A DNA stretch of 64,000 nucleotides from an uncultured Gemmatimonadaceae bacterium (GTDB lineage: Bacteria; Gemmatimonadota; Gemmatimonadetes; Gemmatimonadales; GWC2-71-9), in assembly GCA_964585655.1 (NCBI GenBank), contig CAZPER010000001.1:11729-75728 (forward strand). The letters are read 5' to 3'. The notes beneath the pieces were generated by a model, which was not told where the DNA came from, made no database searches, and saw nothing but the letters and a program-made list of their open reading frames with translations. The position numbers and the translations under genes were made by a program. Every line of letters begins with the position of its first letter. The stretch's first letter is position 1. Below, one piece after another: positions 27,317-36,857 of this stretch.

Positions 27317-29764
27317 TCAGTCGGACCGGAGCGCGGTGACCGGATCCACCCGCGCGGCGCGACGCGCCGGGATGGAGCTCGCGAGCAGCGCCGCGACCAG
27401 CACCGTACCCGCCCCGAGGGCCAGGGCAAGCGGATCCCACGCCGGCACGTTGTACAGCAGGCTCGCCAGCGCCCGCCCCGCCGCCAGCGCCCCCGCGACC
27501 CCGAGCGCGGCGCCCAGCAGGGTGAGCCGCAGCCCGTCGCCCACCACCAGCCGCATCAGTCCGCGCGGCTCGGCCCCGAGCGCAAGGCGGATACCGAGTT
27601 CATGCGTCCGCCCGCGCACCGCGTAGGCCAGGACGCTGTAGAGGCCCAGCCCGGCGAGCAGCAGGGCGACCGCGCCGTACAGCCCGAACAGGGTGGCGCC
27701 GACGCGGAACCCCTGATAGTGAGGCTCAACGACCTCCTGCAGCGTCTGCACCTCGACGAAGGGGAGCTCCGGCACGGCGGTCTGCAGGATGGGCCGGATC
27801 GCGGCGGCCACGGTCGCGGCCTCGCCGCGGGTGCGGAGGAAGAGCGTGATGTGCCTGGTGTCCGCGCCGGGGGGCTGGAGCGGCAGGTAATAGAGGGCCT
27901 GCTCCTCCTCCCGGGGGCTGTAGCGGACCCCATTCTCCACGATACCGATGATCTCGGCGCAGCCGGTGGCGCGCGCCACCATCAGGCACTGCCCCAGCGG
28001 ATCCCGGTCGCCGAAGATCCGGCGGGCCATGACCTCCCCGATCAGCGCCACCGCCGGCTCCTCCCGACGGTCCTGGTCGGTGAACCCGCGGCCGCGAAGG
28101 ATCGTGAGGCCCATCGTCTGGAAGTAGTCGGCGGTGACGCGCTGGATGTATGGCCCGCCGCTCGAGAGCCGGGGCAGCGAGTCCATCCCCGCCACCCGGA
28201 GGCTGGTCGCCATGCTCCACCCGAACGGTTCCCCGTAGGTAAGCGCGGCGGACTCGACCCCCGGGTGCGCCCGCGCCGCCTCCACCATCGCGTCAAAGGC
28301 GCGCCCGGTGGCCGGACCGTCGAAGCCTGCACCGGCGGGATCCACGTTCACCATGAGGACGCGGGAGGCGTCGTACCCGATATCAATGGCCAGCATGTTG
28401 CGCAGGCTGCGGACAAAGAGCCCGGCCCCGATCACCAGCATCACGCTGAGCGCGACCTGGGCCACGACCAGCCCCGCCCGGAGCCGCGAGCGCCGGAAGC
28501 CGCTGCCGCGGCCCCCTTCCTTGAGCACCGGCGTGAGGTCGGCACGGGTGACCTGCAGCGCGGGGACGAGACTCGAGATGAGCGCGGCCACGAGTGTCGC
28601 CCCGAGCGCGATCGCGAAGACCCGGCCATCGGTGCTGAACCGTTCCGCCAGCGCCGCCGGCAGGACGTACCCCCGCAGGGCGCCTCCACCCCAGACCGCG
28701 ACCAGCATGCCGAGGGCCCCGGCGAGCGCCGAGGTCATCACCCCTTCGAGGAAGAGCTGCCGCACCAGCCGCCCCTGCCCCGCGCCGAGCGCCTTGCGGA
28801 TCGCCAGCTCCCGGGCCCGGGTGAGGCCCCGCGCCAGCAGCAGGTTGGCCACGTTCGCGCTGGCGATCAGCAGCACCACCACCGACATCGCCGCCAGCCA
28901 CCGCGCGAGGGACGCCCGGTCGGCGAAGTCGGGCCCGGCCGCCTCCAGCACCGGCCCGAACTTCACTTCCCGGAATCCCTGGCGTTCGGTGGAGTCGGCC
29001 CGTCCGGCGAGGATGAGCGACGTCGCCTCCGCTTCCGCCTGCTCGGGGGCCACCCCCGGCGCCAGCCGCGCCAGGATCGCGACGAAGTACCAGCCGCGAT
29101 CGGTGCGGTACCCGTCCCCCGGCCCCATCTGGCGTGCCACGGTCGTGAACGGCACCCACAGATCCGGGGGGTTGTACTCGCCGCCGTCGAAGCCCGCCGG
29201 GGCCACTCCGACCACCGTGAAGGACTGGTCGTCCAGCGCGAGGCTCCGCCCCACGATCGTGGAGTCGGCGCCGAACCGGGTGCGCCACAGCCGCTCGCTC
29301 AGGACTGCCGCCGGCACCCCCGCGTCAGGCCCATCGTCCGCCGGCCCCAGCAGGCGCCCGAGCAGCGGCGTGGTGCCCAGCAGGGTGAAGTAGTCCCCGG
29401 TCGCCCCCGACAGCGAGACCGCCGTCGCCTCCGCGCCCCGGCCCAGGGATGCGCCGCCAAAGTACTGCGCCGCCACCGCCGTGAGCCCCCGGGCCTGCTG
29501 CAGGTCGGTGAAGTCGGGGTAGCTCACCACCGAATTGGTGTAGTCGCCGAACTGCGGACTGGTGAAGTGGAAGTACGTGCGCACCACCCGCTCCGGCGCC
29601 ACCACCCCCGCCGGCTGCCGGAACAACAGCGCGTCCAGGACGCTGGTCAGTGCGGTCACCGCCCCGATGCCGAGCGCCAGGGTGAGGGCGGCGGTGGCGG
29701 TGAAGCCCCGGGAGCGGAGCACCGCGCGGGAGGCATGCGCCAGATCCTGCCACAGGGCACGCAT
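27317..29764 (-). CDS. duplicated FtsX/MacB-type permease, ADOP-like (copy 2)
   Basis: N-terminus MRALWQDLAHASRAVLRSRGFTATAALTLALGIG. GAGGAG Shine-Dalgarno sequence. 815 aa. Paralogous to its neighbours. Confidence 0.85.
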   Translation of the reverse strand: MRALWQDLAHASRAVLRSRGFTATAALTLALGIGAVTALTSVLDALLFRQPAGVVAPERVVRTYFHFTSPQFGDYTNSVVSYPDFTDLQQARGLTAVAAQYFGGASLGRGAEATAVSLSGATGDYFTLLGTTPLLGRLLGPADDGPDAGVPAAVLSERLWRTRFGADSTIVGRSLALDDQSFTVVGVAPAGFDGGEYNPPDLWVPFTTVARQMGPGDGYRTDRGWYFVAILARLAPGVAPEQAEAEATSLILAGRADSTERQGFREVKFGPVLEAAGPDFADRASLARWLAAMSVVVLLIASANVANLLLARGLTRARELAIRKALGAGQGRLVRQLFLEGVMTSALAGALGMLVAVWGGGALRGYVLPAALAERFSTDGRVFAIALGATLVAALISSLVPALQVTRADLTPVLKEGGRGSGFRRSRLRAGLVVAQVALSVMLVIGAGLFVRSLRNMLAIDIGYDASRVLMVNVDPAGAGFDGPATGRAFDAMVEAARAHPGVESAALTYGEPFGWSMATSLRVAGMDSLPRLSSGGPYIQRVTADYFQTMGLTILRGRGFTDQDRREEPAVALIGEVMARRIFGDRDPLGQCLMVARATGCAEIIGIVENGVRYSPREEEQALYYLPLQPPGADTRHITLFLRTRGEAATVAAAIRPILQTAVPELPFVEVQTLQEVVEPHYQGFRVGATLFGLYGAVALLLAGLGLYSVLAYAVRGRTHELGIRLALGAEPRGLMRLVVGDGLRLTLLGAALGVAGALAAGRALASLLYNVPAWDPLALALGAGTVLVAALLASSIPARRAARVDPVTALRSD

Positions 29765-29837
29765 CAGGTACTCCTCGGGTCGTGGACGTGATGGCGCCGC
29801 GCCGTGCCGGCTGCGCCGTGATGAGCCTGCCGCAGGG

Positions 29838-32273
29838 TCAATCCTCCCGCAGGACCACGGCGGGGTCCACGCGGGTGGCCCGGCGGGCGGGGAGCCAGGT
29901 GGCGAAGGCGGTGACCGCCAGCAGCAGCGACGTGATGCCGGCGTAGGTCAGGATGTCGGTGCCTCGCACCCCGAACAGCATCGTGGTGAGGAGCCGCGAG
30001 AGCCCGAGGGCCGCCAGCAGGCCGATCCCCACGCCCAGCACCACCAGCCGCATCCCCTGCCCCAGCACGAGGCCGAGCAGGTCGCGGGCGCTGGCGCCAA
30101 GCGCGAGGCGCACCCCGAGTTCCCGGGTGCGCTGGGTCACGGTGTAGGCCATGACGCCGTACAGCCCGATGGCGGCGAGCAGGGCGGCCAGCCCCGAGAA
30201 GAGCGTCAGCAGGACCATCGAGAACCGCCGCGGTCCCGTCGTGCCCTCGATCAGCGTCTCGAGGCTGTTGGGATTCGCCACCGGAAGGTTGCGGTCCACC
30301 GTGCCGATGGCCGCCTTCACCGCGGGCAGCGCGGCGAGCGGATCGCCTTCGGTGCGCACCGCGACCGCCAGGAACGGGATGGGCGCCTGCGCGATCGGGA
30401 AGTAGAGCTGCACCCGCCGCCCCCCATCGAGGCCCTCGTGCATGGTGTGTCCCACCACGCCGACCACCTCGATCCAGGCGATGGCGCTGTCCCCCGGATT
30501 GTTGAATGTGATCCGCTTCCCGACGGGATCCTCGTTTGGCCAGTAGCGCTGCACCATCTCCTCGTCCACCACGACGACCCGCGGTCCGCCGGCCCGGTCC
30601 TCGGGGGTCAGACCGCGACCCTGGCGCAACGGGATCTCGAGCGCCTCGAAGAACCCGGGCGTCACCAGCCGGATGTCTCCCCAGGGGCCCGGCGTGTTGG
30701 CCGGCGCCTGGTAGCCCTCGACCGTGAAGCTGCCGGTGGACCAGTTGCCGCCGAAGGGGAGCACCGACGTGCCCCCGACCGCGGTGACACCGGGCACCGC
30801 CGCGATCGCGGCGGTCGCCCGCTCGAAGAACGCGACCCGCACCGTGTCGTTGGGGTAGCTCGCGGCCGGGAGCGCCACGTTGAAGGTGAGGACCCGCTCG
30901 GGATTGAATCCGGGATCCACCCCGAGCAGCCGGGCAAAGCTCCGGACCAGCAGCCCGGCGCCGACCAGCAGGGTGAGCGCCAGCGCCACCGTTGCCACCA
31001 CCAGCCCGCGCCGGAGGGTCAGGCCGCCCCGGTCGCCCGCGGCGCCGCGGGCGCCATCCTTCATCGTCTCCGCCACGCTGGTGCGCGCCACCCGGAGCGC
31101 GGGCACCAGGCCGAACACGAGGCCGGTGAGCAGCGAGATCCCGAGCGCGAAGCCGAGCACCCGCGCATCCAGCACCAGCGCGGGACTCGGCGTGACCGCG
31201 CCGCTGTTGAGCGAAAGCAGGGCCGGCACCCCCCACACGGCGAGGAGCACGCCGAGGGCGCCCCCGGCCAGGGCCAGCACCAGGCTCTCGACCAGCAGCT
31301 GCCGGAGCAGCGCGCCCGGCGAGGCGCCGAGCGCCACCCGCACCGCGATCTCCCGCCCGCGCCCGGCGGCCCGGGCCAGCTGCAGGTTGGCGACGTTGGC
31401 GCACGCGATCAGCAGCACCGCCGTCACCGCGCCCAGCAGCACGTAGAGCGCCCGCCGGCTGCCCCCGTTGGCCTCTTCGGGGAGGCTCGTCAGGTGCAGG
31501 TCCCAGGTGGGCGCGTACTGATCGGGGAAATCGGCCTTGAGGCGGGTGGCCAGGGCGTGCATCTCCCCCCGCGCCTGCTCCACCGTGACCCCGTCCTGGA
31601 GTCGCGCCGCAAAGTTGAGGAACTCGTTGGTCCTGGCGTTGTCGCTGAACTGGTCGGGCCGGAAGACCAGCGGGGTCCAGAGCTCCGCCCGGCGGGCCCA
31701 GAAGCCCCGGAAGCTCTCCGGCATGACGCCGATGATTTCATACGCCTGCCCGTCCAGCTGAAGCGACCGCCCAATGGCGTTGCGGTCGCCGGCGAAGAGC
31801 CGCTGCCAGAGCCCATGCCCCAGCACCACCACACGCTCCCGGCCGGCGACCGCGTCATCCGGCAGCAGCCCGCGCCCGACCAGTGCCGGGACACCGAAGG
31901 TCCTGAAGTAGTCGCCGGTGACGCGGAGCCCGCCCAGCCGCTCGGGATCCCCCTCACCGGTGAGGTTCGGGGCCCAGCCCTGTTCGACGGCGGCGGAGCT
32001 GAAGAGCTGCTGCTGCGAGGAATAGTCGCGGAACCCCGGCACCGACACCGGGGCTTCCATGTTGTTGAGCGAGGGGTAGAAGTGCTCGACGGTGACCAGC
32101 CGGTCCGGCGCCTCGTACGGCAGCGGCCGGAGCAGCACCGCGTTGATCACGGAGAAGATCGCGGTGGTCGCCCCGATCCCGAGCCCGAGGGTGAGGATCG
32201 CGACCGCGGCGAACCCCGGACTCTTCCGCAGGGTACGCAGCGCGTACCCCACGTCCTGCCGCAGGGCGCCCAC
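29838..32273 (-). CDS. duplicated FtsX/MacB-type permease, ADOP-like (copy 1)
   Basis: N-terminus MGALRQDVGYALRTLRKSPGFAAVAILTLGLGIGATTAIFS is the hallmark ADOP leader. 811 aa. Confidence 0.85.
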   Translation of the reverse strand: MGALRQDVGYALRTLRKSPGFAAVAILTLGLGIGATTAIFSVINAVLLRPLPYEAPDRLVTVEHFYPSLNNMEAPVSVPGFRDYSSQQQLFSSAAVEQGWAPNLTGEGDPERLGGLRVTGDYFRTFGVPALVGRGLLPDDAVAGRERVVVLGHGLWQRLFAGDRNAIGRSLQLDGQAYEIIGVMPESFRGFWARRAELWTPLVFRPDQFSDNARTNEFLNFAARLQDGVTVEQARGEMHALATRLKADFPDQYAPTWDLHLTSLPEEANGGSRRALYVLLGAVTAVLLIACANVANLQLARAAGRGREIAVRVALGASPGALLRQLLVESLVLALAGGALGVLLAVWGVPALLSLNSGAVTPSPALVLDARVLGFALGISLLTGLVFGLVPALRVARTSVAETMKDGARGAAGDRGGLTLRRGLVVATVALALTLLVGAGLLVRSFARLLGVDPGFNPERVLTFNVALPAASYPNDTVRVAFFERATAAIAAVPGVTAVGGTSVLPFGGNWSTGSFTVEGYQAPANTPGPWGDIRLVTPGFFEALEIPLRQGRGLTPEDRAGGPRVVVVDEEMVQRYWPNEDPVGKRITFNNPGDSAIAWIEVVGVVGHTMHEGLDGGRRVQLYFPIAQAPIPFLAVAVRTEGDPLAALPAVKAAIGTVDRNLPVANPNSLETLIEGTTGPRRFSMVLLTLFSGLAALLAAIGLYGVMAYTVTQRTRELGVRLALGASARDLLGLVLGQGMRLVVLGVGIGLLAALGLSRLLTTMLFGVRGTDILTYAGITSLLLAVTAFATWLPARRATRVDPAVVLRED

Positions 32274-32275
32274 GC

Positions 32276-32986
<711 letters not shown>

Positions 32987-33062
32987 GTCCGCTCCGTGAA
33001 TGCGTTGGTTGGTGCCTCCGGCACCCACGGCCGACCGGCCGGGGCGCGCCCCCTGCGCCCCG

Positions 33063-34307
33063 CTACTGCAACCGCACCCGCTCCACGCCGTCCCACCGGG
33101 ACATGTCGGAGAGGATCACCACGTCCCCGGCGTCCAGCCCGCGAAGAATTTCGATCGCGTTCACCGAACTGCGCCCCAGTTCCACCCGCACCCGCTCCGC
33201 CTCGCTGGTTCCGGGGAGCACCCGGAAGATCCCCACCGTGCTGTTGGCCTGGCCGTAGGCCGGCCGCCCCACGTGGAGCACCTTGTCCAGGCGTTCAATT
33301 TCGATGGTGCCGTCCACGCTCAGGTCCGGGCGCGCCCCGCGGGGCAGCGCCCCTTCGAGGGTCACGTCCACCGCGACGGTGGCGTTCTGGCTGGCCGGGT
33401 CGATGCGGACGACCCGCCCGGTGACGATGCCGTTCCGGGTGTCGATCCGCGCCACCTGGCCCAGCGCCACGTCCTTGGCCATCGTCTCGGGAATCCGCAG
33501 TACCGCCTTGAGCCGCTCCGGCTGGACTACCTTGGCGAGGGTGGCGCCGGAGATGGCCCACTGCCCCACTTCGAGCGGCAACTCCTGCAGCACCCCGTCC
33601 GCGCCGGCCCGCACCACCATGGACGTGACCATGGTCCGCTGGAAGTCCGCCACCGCCTTGAAGCGCTGGACCTGGAGCTCCTGGACCTCGAGCTGGCCGC
33701 CGATGTTCTCGGTGTAGATCTGCAGCCGCTGCTGCTCCACGCTGAGCCGTTCGGTCAGTTCCTCGGCCCGGTCACGGGAACGGGCGTACTCCGAGGTGGA
33801 AATGAGGTTCTGGTCGGCCAGGGCGGAATCGGCCGCGGCCTTCCGCAGCGCCTCGCGATACTCCGACCGGACCGTCGCCACGACTCCGGCCTGGTTGAGC
33901 CGCTGGGTCTCGAGGGTGGTCCGGAGGGAGACCAGCTGGGCCTGGGCGTCCGTCAGCTGCCGCTCCGCCTGCAGCCGCTGGATCTCCACGTCCGGATTGC
34001 TGAGCTCGAGCAGCACCGTTCCCGCGGTCACGCGCTCCCCCGGCTGCACCAGCTTCCGCTCCACCCGGCCCGGCGTCACCGCGGACACCCAGCGGATCTG
34101 CTCCGGCACCAGGGAGCCCGGCCCACGGACCTCGCGCACCATCGGGCCGAGACGGACGGTGTCAGTCCAGAGGGTGCCACGATCCACGCCCGGCGCCGCC
34201 GGCTTGAGCCGGGCCAGTCCGACCGTCACGCTGACGACAGCGAGCAGTCCGGCGCCGATCAGGACGTAGCGCCGGTGATTCGGGCGGCGCTCGCGGGGGA
34301 TGTCCAC
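33063..34307 (-). CDS. HlyD/MacA-family periplasmic adaptor
   Basis: GTG start gives VDIPRERRPNHRRYVLIGAGLLAVVSV (TM anchor). A lipoyl-like segment (GRVERKLVQPGERVTAGTVLLELSNPD), a coiled coil and beta-barrel segments follow. Confidence 0.8.
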   Translation of the reverse strand: MDIPRERRPNHRRYVLIGAGLLAVVSVTVGLARLKPAAPGVDRGTLWTDTVRLGPMVREVRGPGSLVPEQIRWVSAVTPGRVERKLVQPGERVTAGTVLLELSNPDVEIQRLQAERQLTDAQAQLVSLRTTLETQRLNQAGVVATVRSEYREALRKAAADSALADQNLISTSEYARSRDRAEELTERLSVEQQRLQIYTENIGGQLEVQELQVQRFKAVADFQRTMVTSMVVRAGADGVLQELPLEVGQWAISGATLAKVVQPERLKAVLRIPETMAKDVALGQVARIDTRNGIVTGRVVRIDPASQNATVAVDVTLEGALPRGARPDLSVDGTIEIERLDKVLHVGRPAYGQANSTVGIFRVLPGTSEAERVRVELGRSSVNAIEILRGLDAGDVVILSDMSRWDGVERVRLQ

Positions 34308-34684
34308 GCGGATACCTTGGCTCAGATGAAAGGAATGGCGACTGACGTCCGTGAGGACGCTACGCGGTCGGGTAAGGGAAGTTGCATGCCGCGCTCGAGC
34401 CCCGCCCCCAAACCGCAAACGGCTTTCAAGGAATGACTTAGCGCGGGGCTTCGGGCCGCCGACTCGTACCCCTGTTCGGCCGTGGGATTTTCCGTCCCAC
34501 AACCGGACACCGTCCGCTGAGGGAATCGGGGCGTGTGCCCGCCTCGGCTTACGTCGTCCCCTGCCCCAGAGTACCTTGGGCCGACCGTGCGGCCCGCCGG
34601 CGCCGCCCCGCTTCCCAAGACCTTGCCCCCGTCCACCCTCGCGCCCCGGATCTCCCGGCCGCGACTCAACAGCTCTGGAGCTCC

Positions 34685-35761
34685 ATGTCGCGGCCAACCA
34701 CGCGCCTGCTCCTGCCGCTCCTGCTCTTCGGCTGTGCCCACTCCGATCCCTTCCCCTCCGGGAATCCGGGCGACAACGGTCCCTTCAACGGACCACCACC
34801 CCAGTTGCTGACCCTGCACCTCGGGCTTGACCGCACCCCGGCCTGGTCGCCCGATGGGTCCCGGCTGCTCTATTCCTTCAACCAGGTGGACCTGCCCGAC
34901 CAGGACGCCTGCCTGGGAGTCCTGCCCGCGGCCGGCGGCACTCGGCTGCTCGAGCGCTGCCGCCTCGACGACACCTCCAATGAGCTGGTCGAGGTCCGCG
35001 AGTGGCCGGCCCTGAGTCCGACGGGTCAACTCGCCTGGGTGGAGCAGGAAAACCTGGTGGGTGTCCGGGTCCCGACCGCCGGCGCCATCCGGGTCGGGAC
35101 CCTCTCCCAGCTCGACCCGGGCATCGTGGTGCGATCCCTTCCCTACACCCCGCCCGGCGGGTCCCTGCATCTGACCGCGACCCACCTCGCATGGTTGGGA
35201 ACCGATTCCCTGGTCTATGTCGGCGCCGACTTCCTGGTCACCCGGGCCTGCAACGGGTGCAAGCTGGACACGCTCATCGTCGGGCGGGAAGTGATCATCC
35301 TCGACGCCGCGACCTCTCCGGCGACCACGTCGGTCGTCCCCGGCACCTCCGGTGCGACGGCCGTCGCCCCCGCGGATGCCCCGGGATCCATCGTCTACAC
35401 CCTTCCCGGGGATGGCATCATCTACCGCCGCCAGCTCGCCACCGGCGTGGTGGATACGCTCTGGGACTTCAGCACCAGCGGCATCGCGCGCGACCCGGCG
35501 CTGCAAGGCAATCGCCTCGCGGCGGTCGTCGGGGGCGCCGTGACCTTCGGAGTGGACCCGCTGCTCGGCCCGGTGCAGCAGGATGCGGGGGGGCCGCTCT
35601 ACGTGGTCAACCTCGCCGACAGCACGGTGACCGCGGTGAGCCCGGGAGACCATTTCGCACGGCATCCCGTCTTCCGCCCGCAGGAGCAGACGATCGTTGC
35701 GGAGGCGGTGGATACCCTGCCGCCGTTCGACCCCAACCTCTACCTCTATCTGGTCCCGTGA
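34685..35761 (+). CDS. lipoprotein, TolB/PD40-propeller-like (paralog 1)
   Basis: Lipobox LLLFGCAHSDPF and PAWSPDGSRLLYSF. It shares YRR.LATGVVDTL.DF with the next gene. Confidence 0.65.
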   Translation: MSRPTTRLLLPLLLFGCAHSDPFPSGNPGDNGPFNGPPPQLLTLHLGLDRTPAWSPDGSRLLYSFNQVDLPDQDACLGVLPAAGGTRLLERCRLDDTSNELVEVREWPALSPTGQLAWVEQENLVGVRVPTAGAIRVGTLSQLDPGIVVRSLPYTPPGGSLHLTATHLAWLGTDSLVYVGADFLVTRACNGCKLDTLIVGREVIILDAATSPATTSVVPGTSGATAVAPADAPGSIVYTLPGDGIIYRRQLATGVVDTLWDFSTSGIARDPALQGNRLAAVVGGAVTFGVDPLLGPVQQDAGGPLYVVNLADSTVTAVSPGDHFARHPVFRPQEQTIVAEAVDTLPPFDPNLYLYLVP

Positions 35762-36855
35762 TGCGGCACGGCTGGATGCTGCCGCTGCTCCTGCTCGGCT
35801 GCGCCCACAGTGAGCCCTTCGGCGACCCGGTTCCCGGGAGTGGCGGTCCGCGCGCCGGAGGTCCACCGGTGCGGCTGACCTACAACATCGGGCAGGATGG
35901 TACCGCCGCCTGGTCGGCGGATGGCGCCTTCATCTACTACTCCGCCCAGGATTCCTTCTCGAGCGACAAGGACCGTTGCGTCGTGCGGATGCCTGCCGGT
36001 GGCGGGAGCCTGGTCCCGCTGGCCTGCCCCGAGCCCCCCACGGCCAATGGCCTGACCGAGATCTTCGATCAGCCGGCCCCGGGCGCCGGCCGCGTTGCCT
36101 ACGCCTCCTCGGAACTCGGCGTGGACGAGCACGCGCCCTTCCGCCACGCGATCTGGCTGGTGGCGGACCAGCCGTTCGCGGCACCCGCCCTGGCCCTGGC
36201 CTTTCCGTACTTCACCCCCGGCGGAGCCTCGCACGACGCGCCGATCTACCTCCAGTGGCTCACCCCCGGCACGCTGGTCTTCATCGGCGCGGAGAATGGC
36301 TGCTGCCGCAAGGACACGATGCGATTCGGCGAGCAGATCGTGCTCCTGGACGTGAGCGGGCCCACGCCCGTCCGCAGCTTCGTCCCGAACACGACCCGGG
36401 CGAGCGCGGTCCAGGCCGCCGCGGATGGCTCGGCACTCCACTACACCATCGCGGGAGACAGCCGGGTCTACCGCCGGGTGCTCGCCACCGGAGTGGTGGA
36501 CACGCTGCATGACTTCGGCGCCGGGCGGGTGGCCCGCGACCCGCAGGTCGTCGGCGCCAGGCTCTACGCCATCGTGGATGGCCACGACGGTTTCACCGAC
36601 CTGCCGCCCTTCTACGGCGTGCAGATCGACTACGGCGGACGGCTCGTCCGCGTGGATCTCCCCGGTGGCGGGGAGACGGACATCGGGGACCCGCTGCACC
36701 TGTTCAAGCGGCCGCGACTCTCGCCCGACGGCAGTCGCCTGGTGGTGGAGGCCTACCCCATGTCGAGCACCGAGTTGCTGGACTCCACCGGGACGGTGGT
36801 GGCGGTGGACACCACGGTGGCCCGGTGGGCCGATCTCTGGCTGATGGAGGAATAG
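35761..36855 (+). CDS. lipoprotein, TolB/PD40-propeller-like (paralog 2)
   Basis: The ATG shares one nt with the upstream TGA (TGATG). Lipobox LLLLGCAHSEPF and RLSPDGSRLVVEA. Clear paralogy to 34685..35761. Confidence 0.65.
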   Translation: MRHGWMLPLLLLGCAHSEPFGDPVPGSGGPRAGGPPVRLTYNIGQDGTAAWSADGAFIYYSAQDSFSSDKDRCVVRMPAGGGSLVPLACPEPPTANGLTEIFDQPAPGAGRVAYASSELGVDEHAPFRHAIWLVADQPFAAPALALAFPYFTPGGASHDAPIYLQWLTPGTLVFIGAENGCCRKDTMRFGEQIVLLDVSGPTPVRSFVPNTTRASAVQAAADGSALHYTIAGDSRVYRRVLATGVVDTLHDFGAGRVARDPQVVGARLYAIVDGHDGFTDLPPFYGVQIDYGGRLVRVDLPGGGETDIGDPLHLFKRPRLSPDGSRLVVEAYPMSSTELLDSTGTVVAVDTTVARWADLWLMEE

Positions 36856-36857
36856 GC

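Noticed and set aside
34325-34435. 36-codon ORF (MKGMATDVREDATRSGKGSCMPRSSPAPKPQTAFKE) in the 377-nt divergent intergenic region
   Set aside because: It has no Shine-Dalgarno sequence and no recognisable features. It is more likely promoter or 5'-UTR DNA. The repeated TACCTTGG octamer (34312, 34571) is too short to interpret.
34308-34697. Long N-terminal extensions given by the ORF track; also at 27291..27440, 39355..40404, 46024..47130 and 48551..49534
   Set aside because: The extensions are Arg/Pro/Gly-rich and run through intergenic or neighbouring-gene sequence. Downstream starts give proper signal peptides, Shine-Dalgarno sequences or stop/start coupling.
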